This document shows, piece by piece, positions 24,956 to 34,652 of a stretch of 34,652 bases of DNA. Source of the DNA: Octopus bimaculoides (lineage: Eukaryota); NCBI RefSeq assembly GCF_001194135.2, contig NC_068999.1, positions 13,792,943 to 13,827,594 of the forward strand, in the 5' to 3' direction. How positions within the stretch are numbered: the stretch's first letter is position 1; every line of letters starts with the position of its first letter. The position numbers and the translations under genes were made by a program. The notes beneath the pieces are model-generated. The model was not told the DNA's origin and ran no database searches. It was given only the letters and a program-made list of their open reading frames with translations.

Positions 24956-25433
24956 ATAGAAAACTCCAGTTAATTCAGAAGTGTTTACTCAAAATCAACT
25001 TTTATTTCCTCTCTTACAATTGTTCAATATGACCACCACCTGCAGCAAGGGCAACATTAATGCGATAAGAGAATTCCTCCCAGACGCATATCAGCATATG
25101 AAAAACAAATTCATTATGTAACTGAAGAATTAATTCGCGATGTCTGAGGCGATTCCAGGAGATATTGACGTAGAAAGGAGGTGGAAAAAACATCGATAAA
25201 ACATTCAACCAGGCAGCTAAAGAAATACTCAGTGGAATGTGGTATGCTGATACGCGTCTGGGAGGAATGTTCGCATCGTTTTGATGTTGTGCGTGCTCTA
25301 GGTGGTGGCCACATTGAACAATTGTAGCACAGGAATTAAAGGCTGATTGTGAGTAAATACTTGTGGTTTAGCTGGAGTTTTCTACTATATATATTTTTTA
25401 ATTCTGCGGTTCGTTCTTTTTAAATAATCCTGT
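24956..25433. mobile_element. Foldback element made of two inverted Tc1/mariner transposase 3' ends
   Basis: The + strand encodes MLIRVWEECSHRFDVVRALGGGHIEQL* and the - strand encodes MLICVWEEFSYRINVALAAGGGHIEQL*. Arms 24956-25098 and 25243-25385 align ungapped. A TIR-like end ..gttcgttctttttaaataatcctg/TA lies at about 25433. Confidence 0.9.
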
Positions 25434-25507
25434 ATATGTATATATGTGTGTATATATGTGTATGTATGTATCTATGTATCTATCTATCTATCTATAAATA
25501 TATATAT

Positions 25508-25731
25508 GCTTTTATTCTTTAATTTGTTTCAGTCATTTCACTGCGGCTATGCTGGAGCACCACATTTTAGTCGAAAAATTGGACCCCAGGACTTATTCTT
25601 TCTATGCCTATTACTAATTCTATCGGACCTTTTTGCTGAGCCGCTAGATTAAAGGGGTATAAACACACCAGCATCGGTTGTCAAGCGATGATCGAGGGAC
25701 AAACATAGCCGCACAAACATATGGTCACACA

Positions 25732-25798
<67 letters not shown>

Positions 25799-25946
25799 GA
25801 CGGGCTTCTATCTGTTTCCATCTACCAAATCCACTTACAAAGCTTTGGTCGGCCCAAGGGTATAGAAGAAAACACTTGCCCGAGGTGCCATGCAGTGAGA
25901 CTGGACCCGGAACCATGTGGTACGCAAGCTACTTACCACTCAGCCA
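25508..25946 (-). mobile_element. Near full-length tRNA-derived SINE (family 1) with internal (CA)n(TA)n
   Basis: The reverse complement has A-box TGGCTGAGTGG, a degenerate B-box, body, microsatellite and 3' module. Collinear with 5415-5764. Confidence 0.9.
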
Positions 25947-26065
25947 ATATGTGTGTATATTGATTAAGGATTACGTTCCCATAATTCATGACCGATTTTC
26001 ACCAACCTTTGCACACACATTACTTATGCCCGAAGGATTGTCATGTATTATAATCGTTTGCCCAG

Positions 26066-26099
26066 AGTTCTCGCGTAAATGGAGAAACCAAGAGAAACG
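26066..26099 (+). CDS. Candidate 34-nt exon (FSRKWRNQEK)
   Basis: Acceptor tcgtttgcccag and donor ACG|gtgatt; phase 1 to 2, compatible with the flanking candidates. No homology recognised. Confidence 0.15.
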
Positions 26100-26958
26100 G
26101 TGATTATTCTTTGATTCATTGTATGTATATAGTCTTTTGTTATGTATGGTTTTCCATACTTTTTCATCTATATGGTCCTATATCGGCATTAGAGAACAAG
26201 GAAATTACGGGTCTTCACATTTTGTTATTTATTTATTTTTAATATGTTCTAATTGTGCATTATTACTGTCTATATTTTTATTTGTGCATTTGTGTGCATT
26301 GTTCAAGATTTGGTTATAGAATATTATAAAAGTGAAAGGATGTTCTCTATCTATTTATTTCGACTGTCCAACTGCGACGGGAATTAAATTGACTAGGAAC
26401 AATGTATGCGATGAATATGCAATACCAAACAATCTTAATCTGTATATTCAAACTGCATTAAACTTTGGCATGCTTACCTCAACCTATTCTGAGTTACTTG
26501 AAACGTGATGTTCACTTCCGTCTACAATTTGTTGACACCTTTGTTGACCCATCATTGCGTTGTTTCATTTTAGAGATGCCTAATTACGTTCCATTGTGAT
26601 ATTTTGACCGTTGTCCATTGTTTTAAATACGTTTTAGCATCGTCGCTCTAACCTGTTTTTAAACAATCACAAGAAATTTCGCTTTCATGTAAAACAACCA
26701 TATTTTGTTTTTCATTATCTGTAATCTACCCACAAGACGTTTCAGTTGCTCTACTTTGGAAAGCTTGCAAAATGTTATGTTCTATAGCTATTAAAGTGCA
26801 ACAACTTCCACAATGACCAGACTTCGATTTGATTTTCAGTTCCTTGGTTAATCGGAAACATAGATTGCCTTGAATCTCATAGGCTTTGTCGCTAGTTCCA
26901 TTATTCAGTGAAGAACATAGCAACAAAGTCACTTAAAGCGTCGAAGAGACTGGTGCTT

Positions 26959-26995
<37 letters not shown>

Positions 26996-27204
26996 CATAT
27001 ATGCATTTTTATATGTGTGGGTATGTAGGTAATCTTGTATTTTGGTCGGTCTGTCGCTATATATAAGAGTGCGACCTAAACCTCACTCATATATGTACAT
27101 CTACAGAGTTTTCGGGTTAAATTTCACATTGTTCATGGAATGAAATTTGAAGCTAATGTCCTATCCTAAAACAAAATTAGTTTTAGAATTTCGAAATGGT
27201 CGAC

Positions 27205-27570
27205 TCGACTGTCGCTCGGAGGTCAGAGTTTCTTTCAAATACCGGTTTCAGTTTTCCTTAAAGCCTGAAGATGGCTCCGGAATAGACGCATGCATTCCTC
27301 ACTGTAGCCCTTAGATTTTATTCGATCACTTCCTTGACGGAGACACATCCTTCTCCTTCGTGCTGAAGAAAGAACAATACGTGTCTTTATCAACAGCGCC
27401 CAACGTTGTAATTTGCGAGATAACAATCGGGTAAAATTTCGAGGCCAGAAATTGAGGCTGGTGATGTTCTGAAGCAAAATCATGTAGGTATTGATTCTAG
27501 CCGCATTTTATGAAATGTCCATTATGATTTGTAAAATCATATTGCCCTCATCCAACACATATGATGTTTG
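27205..27570 (-). mobile_element. Tc1/mariner (maT/DD37D-like) transposase C-terminal relic, internally deleted
   Basis: DEGNM..ARINTYMILL, then directly NFWPRN/PDC..NY (WPPNSPDxNPxDY-like) and ECMRLFRSHLQAL..ETG (ACxRFRxRLEAV..GG-like). The QQDxAP segment is missing. Confidence 0.7.
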
Positions 27571-28491
27571 AACTGAAAAAACCTCACGCAAAGTACTATT
27601 GTAATTGTTGTGCAATCTTCCTGTTTTTGAGGCCGTTGACACCGAACAATGAATACATTGCCGTTACTGCGTCTCAACATTACTTTACATGTATATGTTT
27701 ATTTAGATAATAATAGATTTATTTTGCCGGCTTCCGTTGATTTTATAATCTGGCAATTCATTGCATATTTCCGATAAATTCATTCGATCTCTGTAATAAT
27801 TTAATAGATGTTTGGCTTCCTCATTTAATCACTTAATGTGAATATTTTTCGACATGGATAAAATGTATACACACTGTTACGTATTTGTGATATTGTCTTA
27901 TTTCATTGCTCATGTTCTGCTTAAAAGAAATAGATTTAATTATTTTACAATTCGTCTACTAATATATTTCAAAAGTCAATGAAGTCCTCCTCAAATCGAT
28001 CGAACTTCTTATCTGTGTCATTATATCCGTTTGTTTCCTTTTGCCTGCTTCGTTACAATTGCTAATAATAGATATGGATGGCTATTCAAATTCCGTATCA
28101 GTTACATGCTTTCCGATCTGCTCCATTTCCTAACATTACAAATATGAAAATTGCTTTTCATTCAATACTTGCATCACGTTCAATATTTAGAAATTTGTTG
28201 TGTATACATGCGCAAAGATACCCAGGTGCATACACAGATATGTACACACATATGTATTGTAAAAGATTGCCGCAAGATACTATTTACTCCACTTTCCATA
28301 CTTAGGTCTACTAAAGGGATATGAAGAACTAAGAATAAGTATAATACACTTAAATACGGAAAGAACCAAAGGAACACGAATTGGTCGGGAAATATATATT
28401 GATTTGATAACTATGTTTGTTAAGCTATAAATTTTGTGAGATCAGAGGAACATGAAACGTAGGCAATAGATGAATTTGTGTTTACCGTCAG

Positions 28492-28527
28492 ATATGCAAT
28501 TGGTAAAATGAACGTAACTGAATATGA
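28492..28527 (+). CDS. Candidate 36-nt exon (YAIGKMNVTEY)
   Basis: Acceptor tttgtgtttaccgtcag and donor TGA|gtaagg; a single open frame (phase 2-2). Confidence 0.25.
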
Positions 28528-30470
28528 GTAAGGAAATAAGTATCGGATTGTCTAATTTTGATTAATTTACTTTTGAATTGTGCAAGTGCATATAAGTATA
28601 TAGCATCGACACCATAACAACGAAAGGCATTTCTATATATCCTCGAATTATCGTAGATTTTCAGTAGGCATTGGATTTTGATGTGGTTAACTCTTAACAA
28701 TGTGTTATATTGTCCATTTTGTCAGTCTGTTGCGTAAAAATGTAGAAGTGTTATACAGATTGAACAATTCCATACACAAAACTATTCCTTTCTAATTGAA
28801 TGTCTCGATCCAACAAGAAAGTATCATGGAAGATTTCAAAAATGGGAAAATTAGTGGTTTTTATGGTTCGATAGTCGAAATAAATGAAGGCCAGTAAGTT
28901 GATATTCGTGGTTAAAATCAACGAATTGTTATGAACGCCCACAATGTATTGAGTTAAATCAGAGTGACAATGGGAATCAATGCTAACATAAAATCTATAG
29001 AAATTATAACATGACCCCTTTGCACCTGGAATATAAGTATTTGCGTGTATAACCGTATGTCTATCTGAGAGCTGCATTTTATGTTTCCCTATTTATGAAG
29101 ATTAAATCTAGCAATGTATATGAACTATATACAATCGACGCCATTTTCTAGCAACGAATAACTTCACATATATTTGGCTGAGTCCAAGAGAAGAGTCTTT
29201 TCTTAATTTAGTTTTATATTCCACTGACTTTAGAAAATACATTAATGTAATAACCTAAAATCAAATTGAACAAACATAAATCTATTTTACTTACGTGCTT
29301 TAAATATATTCAGGTCGATAGCTGACCTATATTTATTGCGACTGCCATGGAGATATCGATTTGTATGGTCTAAGTCATATATTAGAAAAACTTACTAAAG
29401 TTAATATGACGTTACAATATTTCTGAAGGAGATACTAGTTTATCATAGTACATGATTAGAAATATAATGCCTGTTAATTAACGTATTTGTTTCAGTTTAG
29501 TATATGATGTCAATAAATATAAAAGGAACCGCCCTGTTAGAAGACACTGAAAATATTTTGCAATTATTTTCTTGGATTTTTCCTGAAACGGAAATATTCT
29601 ATATGACGCCTCTAGTTATTTTATAAAGTTTAACATCAATATATCATACGTTGATTTTCTTTTGCGCCATTCACTTATATATGAAAACAGCAAAGCCGCA
29701 TCAACCTTACACCTACATTTTCTGATATAATATTAGCAAATATTATATGAACTTAGTTGATGGAATAAAGACCTGAATACAGGTATTACTGATGTTCTAA
29801 ATTTGCATATACTTTATGTAGCGAAATAAAAATCAAATGTTACATATTCATGAAGCTGTCAAATATGAATTGATATATCGGAGGACACCATACACAGCAA
29901 GGATTACTAACATCTTCTTGCTATATTTGCAATATTCGAATAGCTGCAGAAAAATGATATTGAATTAAAAGAATTATCCAGCGATTGGCTTAATTCAAAA
30001 CATATAAATGAAATCTATTTATTTGATGGATATGAATGAAATTATGAGCTGATAAGAAAAAGAAAAATAGAAGTAAACACGCTCTGCCGTCAAATATGAC
30101 ATCTAATTCTAGTTATTCACAAGAATTTTACAAGCAATATAGTATAGTTCAGAATTCAGAACGTAATTTATTAATCTTTCGAGTAATTAAAGCAGAGTGT
30201 GGTGGGGAACCAAACTGTGAAATTGTACATCTGAAGAGCGGAAGGATAGGATATTGTTAACTATGAAAAATATATTCTTGGAGAAATGCCTGCTACATGA
30301 ATCTAATCATAGCCACCGGATACATAGCTCAAACGACTTCATAAAGAAGCAATGTGACAAAACTATAAAAGACGATAACACAAAAATATAATAATAAATT
30401 AAGTACCATCTCTTCCTCAGATCTCGGTCTTAGCAATCTATATGAGGGTGTTATAAGTTGTCGAGGATTT

Positions 30471-30594
30471 AGTATCGTTAGCGTGTCGTGCAAAAGGATA
30501 AGCGTTGTATTTCCCAGCTCTTTATCTTCTTATTTCAAATACCACTGAAGTTATATTACATTTTCATTCTTCCGGGGTCAGTAAAATAACTACC
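30471..30594 (+). mobile_element. Old SINE family 2 copy
   Basis: atcgttagcgtgtcgtgcaaaagg..ttcaaatacc..ttcattcttccggggtcagtaaaataactacc; collinear but diverged relative to the other family-2 copies. Confidence 0.5.
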
Positions 30595-30754
30595 TGGAAA
30601 ATATTGGTATCAATGTAGAAAACCTACCCGGATTCTAGAGCATCTTTTGGATCGTACCAAAACAATTATGTAGGCTTCATGAAGAATTATATGTACATAT
30701 TCTCAGACACATATTAATATGGTGTTTGAAGAATTTTGATCCTCTAGTAAGGAC

Positions 30755-30825
30755 TAGATTCACTCAAAACGTAAGGAGTGAGAGATATGCCTCCTAAGAC
30801 AAAAACTCTTTCCGTCATTAGCGGA
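30755..30825 (-). mobile_element. Old SINE family 2 head fragment, inverted
   Basis: gattcactcaaaacgtaagg..atatgcctcctaag resembles the reverse complement of the family-2 head. Confidence 0.35.
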
Positions 30826-31239
30826 ATGGAAAGTATCTAGACTCCACCGATATATCCTAAATCACTGTTGATATTTAAAATCGTATGGAAACGCTAGGCA
30901 TATTATTCACATTGGAATATATAATAATTAATTATTTAACAATATATTATAACTGTACCAACCACTACCTCACCTCAAATCATTTATATATTCCAACACC
31001 GTTTCTATTAAATGCAATTTGTGCAGTATCGAGTAATACTATTACAACTATCGAACAATGTGGGAGCTGAAAATGATTCACTTAATGCATCAACTAGCTT
31101 GAATAATGACTGATCGAGAAAATCCAGTTCCTGGAGTGACCATGAGTACTATATGTACACCTTATTATTAACTGTGAACGGAGCATATCCGTAAACATGA
31201 AGTGCTTATGGGCCTAGTCAAGTTCTGTTACTATTACAG

Positions 31240-31584
31240 TTCAATATTTAAAAGGTGAGGAATTGTGTACAGTATTTACATTTGACGGATATTTGTCCTC
31301 ATCTTGTTTGTTGTTAACACAACGTTTCGGGTGATATACTCTCCAGCCTGCATCAGGTGTCTTCGGGAAATTTGGAACCTGGGTTCTCATTCTTAAGGTA
31401 TTTGTCGATGTTATTATTATTATTATTATTATTTTTGTTGTTGTTGTTGTGGTAGTGGTGGTGGTGGTGGTTGTTGTTGTTGTTGTGGTGGTGGTTGTTG
31501 TTGTTGGTGTTGTTGTTATTATTATTATTATTATTATTCAGGTCACTGACTGGAATCGAACTCAGAATCTTGGGGTTAGTAGCC
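31240..31584 (-). mobile_element. 5'-truncated tRNA-headed SINE-like element with internal (AAT/AAC/CAC)n and a hammerhead-bearing 3' tail
   Basis: The reverse complement reads ggCTACTAAcc (anticodon-arm-like), GAGTTCGATTCC (B-box), microsatellite, then a tail containing gacacCTGATGC..GAAACGTTgtgtt. Confidence 0.75.
31316..31361 (-). ncRNA. Minimal type I hammerhead ribozyme motif (one core substitution)
   Basis: gacac-CUGAUG(C)-a-ggcugg[agaguaua]ucaccc-GAAA-C-GUU-guguu. Stem I is gacac/guguu (5 bp), stem II has one C-C mismatch, and stem III is the ACGU palindrome typical of PLE minimal hammerheads. Confidence 0.65.
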
Positions 31585-31720
31585 TTTAGGAATGAGAAGT
31601 CTGGTACCAAATTTCCCCAAGATTCCTGATGAAAGCTAGAGGGTTTATCAGTTGAAGCTTTATATTAACAGCAAACAAGACGAGGACAAATATCCGTCAA
31701 ATGTAAATAATGCAAATAAT
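31583..31720 (+). mobile_element. Second (inverted) copy of the same 3' tail, with a degenerate hammerhead core
   Basis: Its reverse complement aligns to 31273-31398 at about 82% by hand count, with the outer 28 bp identical. Contains CTGATGA-aagctag..cagtt-GAAG. Confidence 0.85.
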
Positions 31721-32269
31721 GTACTATTATGCATAACATTCATTTTCGTAATGAATTTTCCATTGCGTCTATTCTGTATTCGTAGTAATCAATTTTCCGT
31801 CGATTCTATTCGGTATATGTAATTCTGGTGAGAACTAAATAATCAATAGTTACATATTGTATTGCGTAGTGATTTCAATATTTAAGTGATTCAGTAAGCA
31901 CTTTCATAAAATAAATCCAAGAACTGATGAGAGTTCACCAATGGTTATATGCTTTTCGGTTCTAAGTAAATCATTTACTTTTCCTTGACTTTCAGGTTTT
32001 CAGATCAGAGAGAAGTTGACAGGTTGCTATTATGAGACATTTCTGTTTCACTTCTATTTACCAACTATGTTGAGTCTACTGAATTCTCATTTACACAGCA
32101 GGCTCATTTTCAAGCATTACTACAGTTTATAGTTCTGAGTTTCTAAATATCATTCCCTCTTATGAGAATATTTGCAGGATTTTCACCTCCCGCAACAACA
32201 ATCTCAATTACTGTTCTTTCTCACAAATTGCCATTGGGGCCGCCATCGCGATTTCAGCTCATTTATTTA

Positions 32270-33100
32270 TCAGGTCATGCCATAAGTTCTGGCTGAATTT
32301 TGAATGAAGAAAACAAGCGATCAAATGTTATATTTAATTGAAATTTAATCATCAATGTACTTTCCCTGATTATCTATGACTACCTGCCATCTCTTTACAA
32401 GCTTTTTAATCCCATCAATGTAAATCTGTTTTGGTTTCAAGGCGTACAAATCTGAAATGTCAGTTTCGACCTCCTCCTGGCTTGCGAAAGTTATATCCCC
32501 CAAATGATTCTGTAAACTACGAAACAAATGCAAGTCTGAAGGAGCAAGGTCGGGAGAATAAGGTGGATGAGAAATTTCCCAACCAGTCTATACAAAATGG
32601 GTGAAATGAATTCGCGAGAATGCAGAGAAGAGCGGATGTCAACTCGGGATTTGCGGTTGCATTCGGACAATTCATGAGGCACGCATTTCCCAAGTTTAGT
32701 AACCTTTCCAAGTTGTTGAAGATGACGATGAACAGTTGTATGGTTTGAACTAAGCTTTATCTCCAAATCTTCAACTGATAATGCAGGATTATCTTCACGT
32801 AATGCATCAATGAGCTAATCATCAAACTCAACTGAACGTCCTGTTCGCACTTCATCTTCAAGGTTGAAATATCCACTTCTGAATTTTGCAAACCATCTTC
32901 TGCAAGTTCTTTCGTTGAAACTGAATGTATGATTCGAGTCACTTCGGCTGCGGTGTCCTTTTATGTACGCATATAGCATTGTGTGCCTTAAATGCTATTT
33001 GGGTACTTCCAAGTTAGAAAGGGTTTTAATCAAAGAAATTTTAATTATATTACTGTGTAAAATAATATTTAATTAGTTTAAATGTACCACATTTAATGCA
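32270..33100 (-). mobile_element. mariner (DD34D) transposon relic with a large internal deletion
   Basis: N-terminus EVPK*HLRHTMLY, HTTVHRHLQQLGKVTKLGKCVPHELSE, then directly WEISHPPYSPDLAPSDLHLFRSLQNHL..GIKKLVKRWQVVIDNQGKYIDD*. A TA-tcaggtcatgccataagttct TIR-like end lies at 32268-32290. Confidence 0.92.
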
Positions 33101-33290
33101 GTTTGACAACCACTCGTGGTGAATTCACATGGCGGTTCCTTTAGCCATTCTGCCAAAAGGACCGATACAATGAGTATCAGGCGTAAAAAATAAGATCTCG
33201 GGTCGATTCATTGTATTAAAATTTCGAGGGGGCCCCAACATCATGTCCGCAGTCATATGACTGAAATACGTAAAAAGATAAGAGATAACA
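33101..33290 (+). mobile_element. SINE family 1, 3' module only
   Basis: ttgacaacc..ttagcc..gccaaaaggaccgatacaatgagta..gggtcgatt..cgcagtcatatgactgaaatacgtaaaaag is the reverse complement of the 3' modules at 5415-5570 and 25508-25690. Confidence 0.8.
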
Positions 33291-33939
33291 AATATGAATT
33301 ACGTATATTTGTGTAGATGTATGTATGTACGTATGTATGTATGTACGTATGTATGTATGATTGTATGCATGCATGCATATATGTATGTATGAATTACAAT
33401 GTTTGAATAACAGTTCAAATGACCAGTACATTTGATACGATTATGCATTGGAATAGGAACAGAGAAAATAAATAAATTTTGCACGTTTCAAATGACAGGG
33501 AAATATTTCAAATAGTCTTTCAAAATATAGACTCGAACTCCTCAGGCCTGCCTGCTTCATACGAATAATCTACCAACTCTACAATTTAGAGCGTATCTTA
33601 ATCCTACAGACCTCGCCTTCTAAGCAGATGTGAACATGACATGATCAGATACGATCTATTTTCACATATATTTGTCAGAGATTCTCTCGAAATACTACAC
33701 TTCAAATGCTTTAGTGCTTATACGTCTGCGAATACTAAAAATTCAGTTCTGTTAAGCAATATGAACATCATGTCAGAATTTTTCAACAAGGACAAAATAT
33801 CTTAAGTGATACGTTCTTTTCTTCGTTAACCTCATTATGTATATTGACGTATATCTGAAAGTATAGGTATGAATGCATATACATGTGCGGGTGCTTATAA
33901 CAATATCTATATTCCAATCGGCCTCTCTGTGTTCTTTGT

Positions 33940-34008
33940 ATCTATGTATGTATGTATCTATCTATCTATCTATATAGGTACCTAGCTATCTATCCAACCA
34001 TCCATCTA

Positions 34009-34060
<52 letters not shown>
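33940..34060. repeat. (TATC)n-(TC)n-(TA)n compound microsatellite at a gap edge
   Basis: Direct simple repeat. Confidence 0.95.
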
Positions 34061-34652
34061 NNNNNNNNNNNNNNNNNNNNNNNNNNNNNNNNNNNNNNNN
34101 NNNNNNNNNNNNNNNNNNNNNNNNNNNNNNNNNNNNNNNNNNNNNNNNNNNNNNNNNNNNNNNNNNNNNNNNNNNNNNNNNNNNNNNNNNNNNNNNNNNN
34201 NNNNNNNNNNNNNNNNNNNNNNNNNNNNNNNNNNNNNNNNNNNNNNNNNNNNNNNNNNNNNNNNNNNNNNNNNNNNNNNNNNNNNNNNNNNNNNNNNNNN
34301 NNNNNNNNNNNNNNNNNNNNNNNNNNNNNNNNNNNNNNNNTACATACAGATACATATATACGTATAATTCTGTGACTCCACATATCGACGTCTTTTGAAA
34401 GAAGTGATATCTTGTTTCATAAAATGCAAACGCATTTCAATATAACAAGCATCCATTCATCTCCATAGGTCAGTACTAATGTAATTATAACTTATTCAAT
34501 GTTTAACGTTGTATCAGCTTTCGTGATGTTTACTACGCCTAGTTTTATTTGACTTACTGAAATAAATTATGCCTTATATGCTTTTCTTCCTAAACACACA
34601 CACACACGTACACACACAAACACACACACACACATACACACACATACACACA

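Noticed and set aside
31541-31584. tRNA gene
   Set aside because: Only the 3' half is present, with no A-box/D-arm or acceptor stem; it is a SINE head remnant. The SINE heads at 5700-5764 and 25880-25946 were rejected as tRNA genes for similar reasons.
31924-31945. CTGATGA box (also at 14539 on the minus strand and at 17038)
   Set aside because: There is no downstream stem II-GAAA-NUH arrangement.
1-34652. Prokaryotic systems (CRISPR, operons, defence islands), rRNA and telomeric repeats
   Set aside because: No spacer-repeat arrays, no gene-dense ORFs and no such sequence motifs; the window is eukaryotic repeat-rich DNA.

Overview
AT-rich, repeat-dense eukaryotic intronic or intergenic DNA from a gapped draft assembly. 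Major N runs are at 5833-5950, 7348-8209, 15814-16761, 18151-18311, 20988-21088 and 34061-34340. The SINE families and microsatellite load look like an octopus genome; that assignment is from recall, not a database search. No intact protein-coding gene, rRNA, tRNA gene or CRISPR array is supported, and almost all listed ORFs are artefacts of microsatellites, N gaps or antisense transposons. The window contains decayed transposons: an RTE-like LINE endonuclease, a piggyBac, six R4/Dong-like LINE fragments, Penelope-like (PLE) relics, several Tc1/mariner relics and tRNA-derived SINEs. The most striking structure is at about 31240-31720: a tRNA-headed SINE-like element whose 3' tail carries a minimal type I hammerhead ribozyme motif, joined head-to-head to a second tail so that the two form a ~126-bp-arm foldback. 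Two further long inverted repeats (Tc1/mariner 3'-3' and R4 LINE) could form dsRNA. A chain of short, phase-compatible candidate exons on the + strand may mark a host gene, but this is low confidence.
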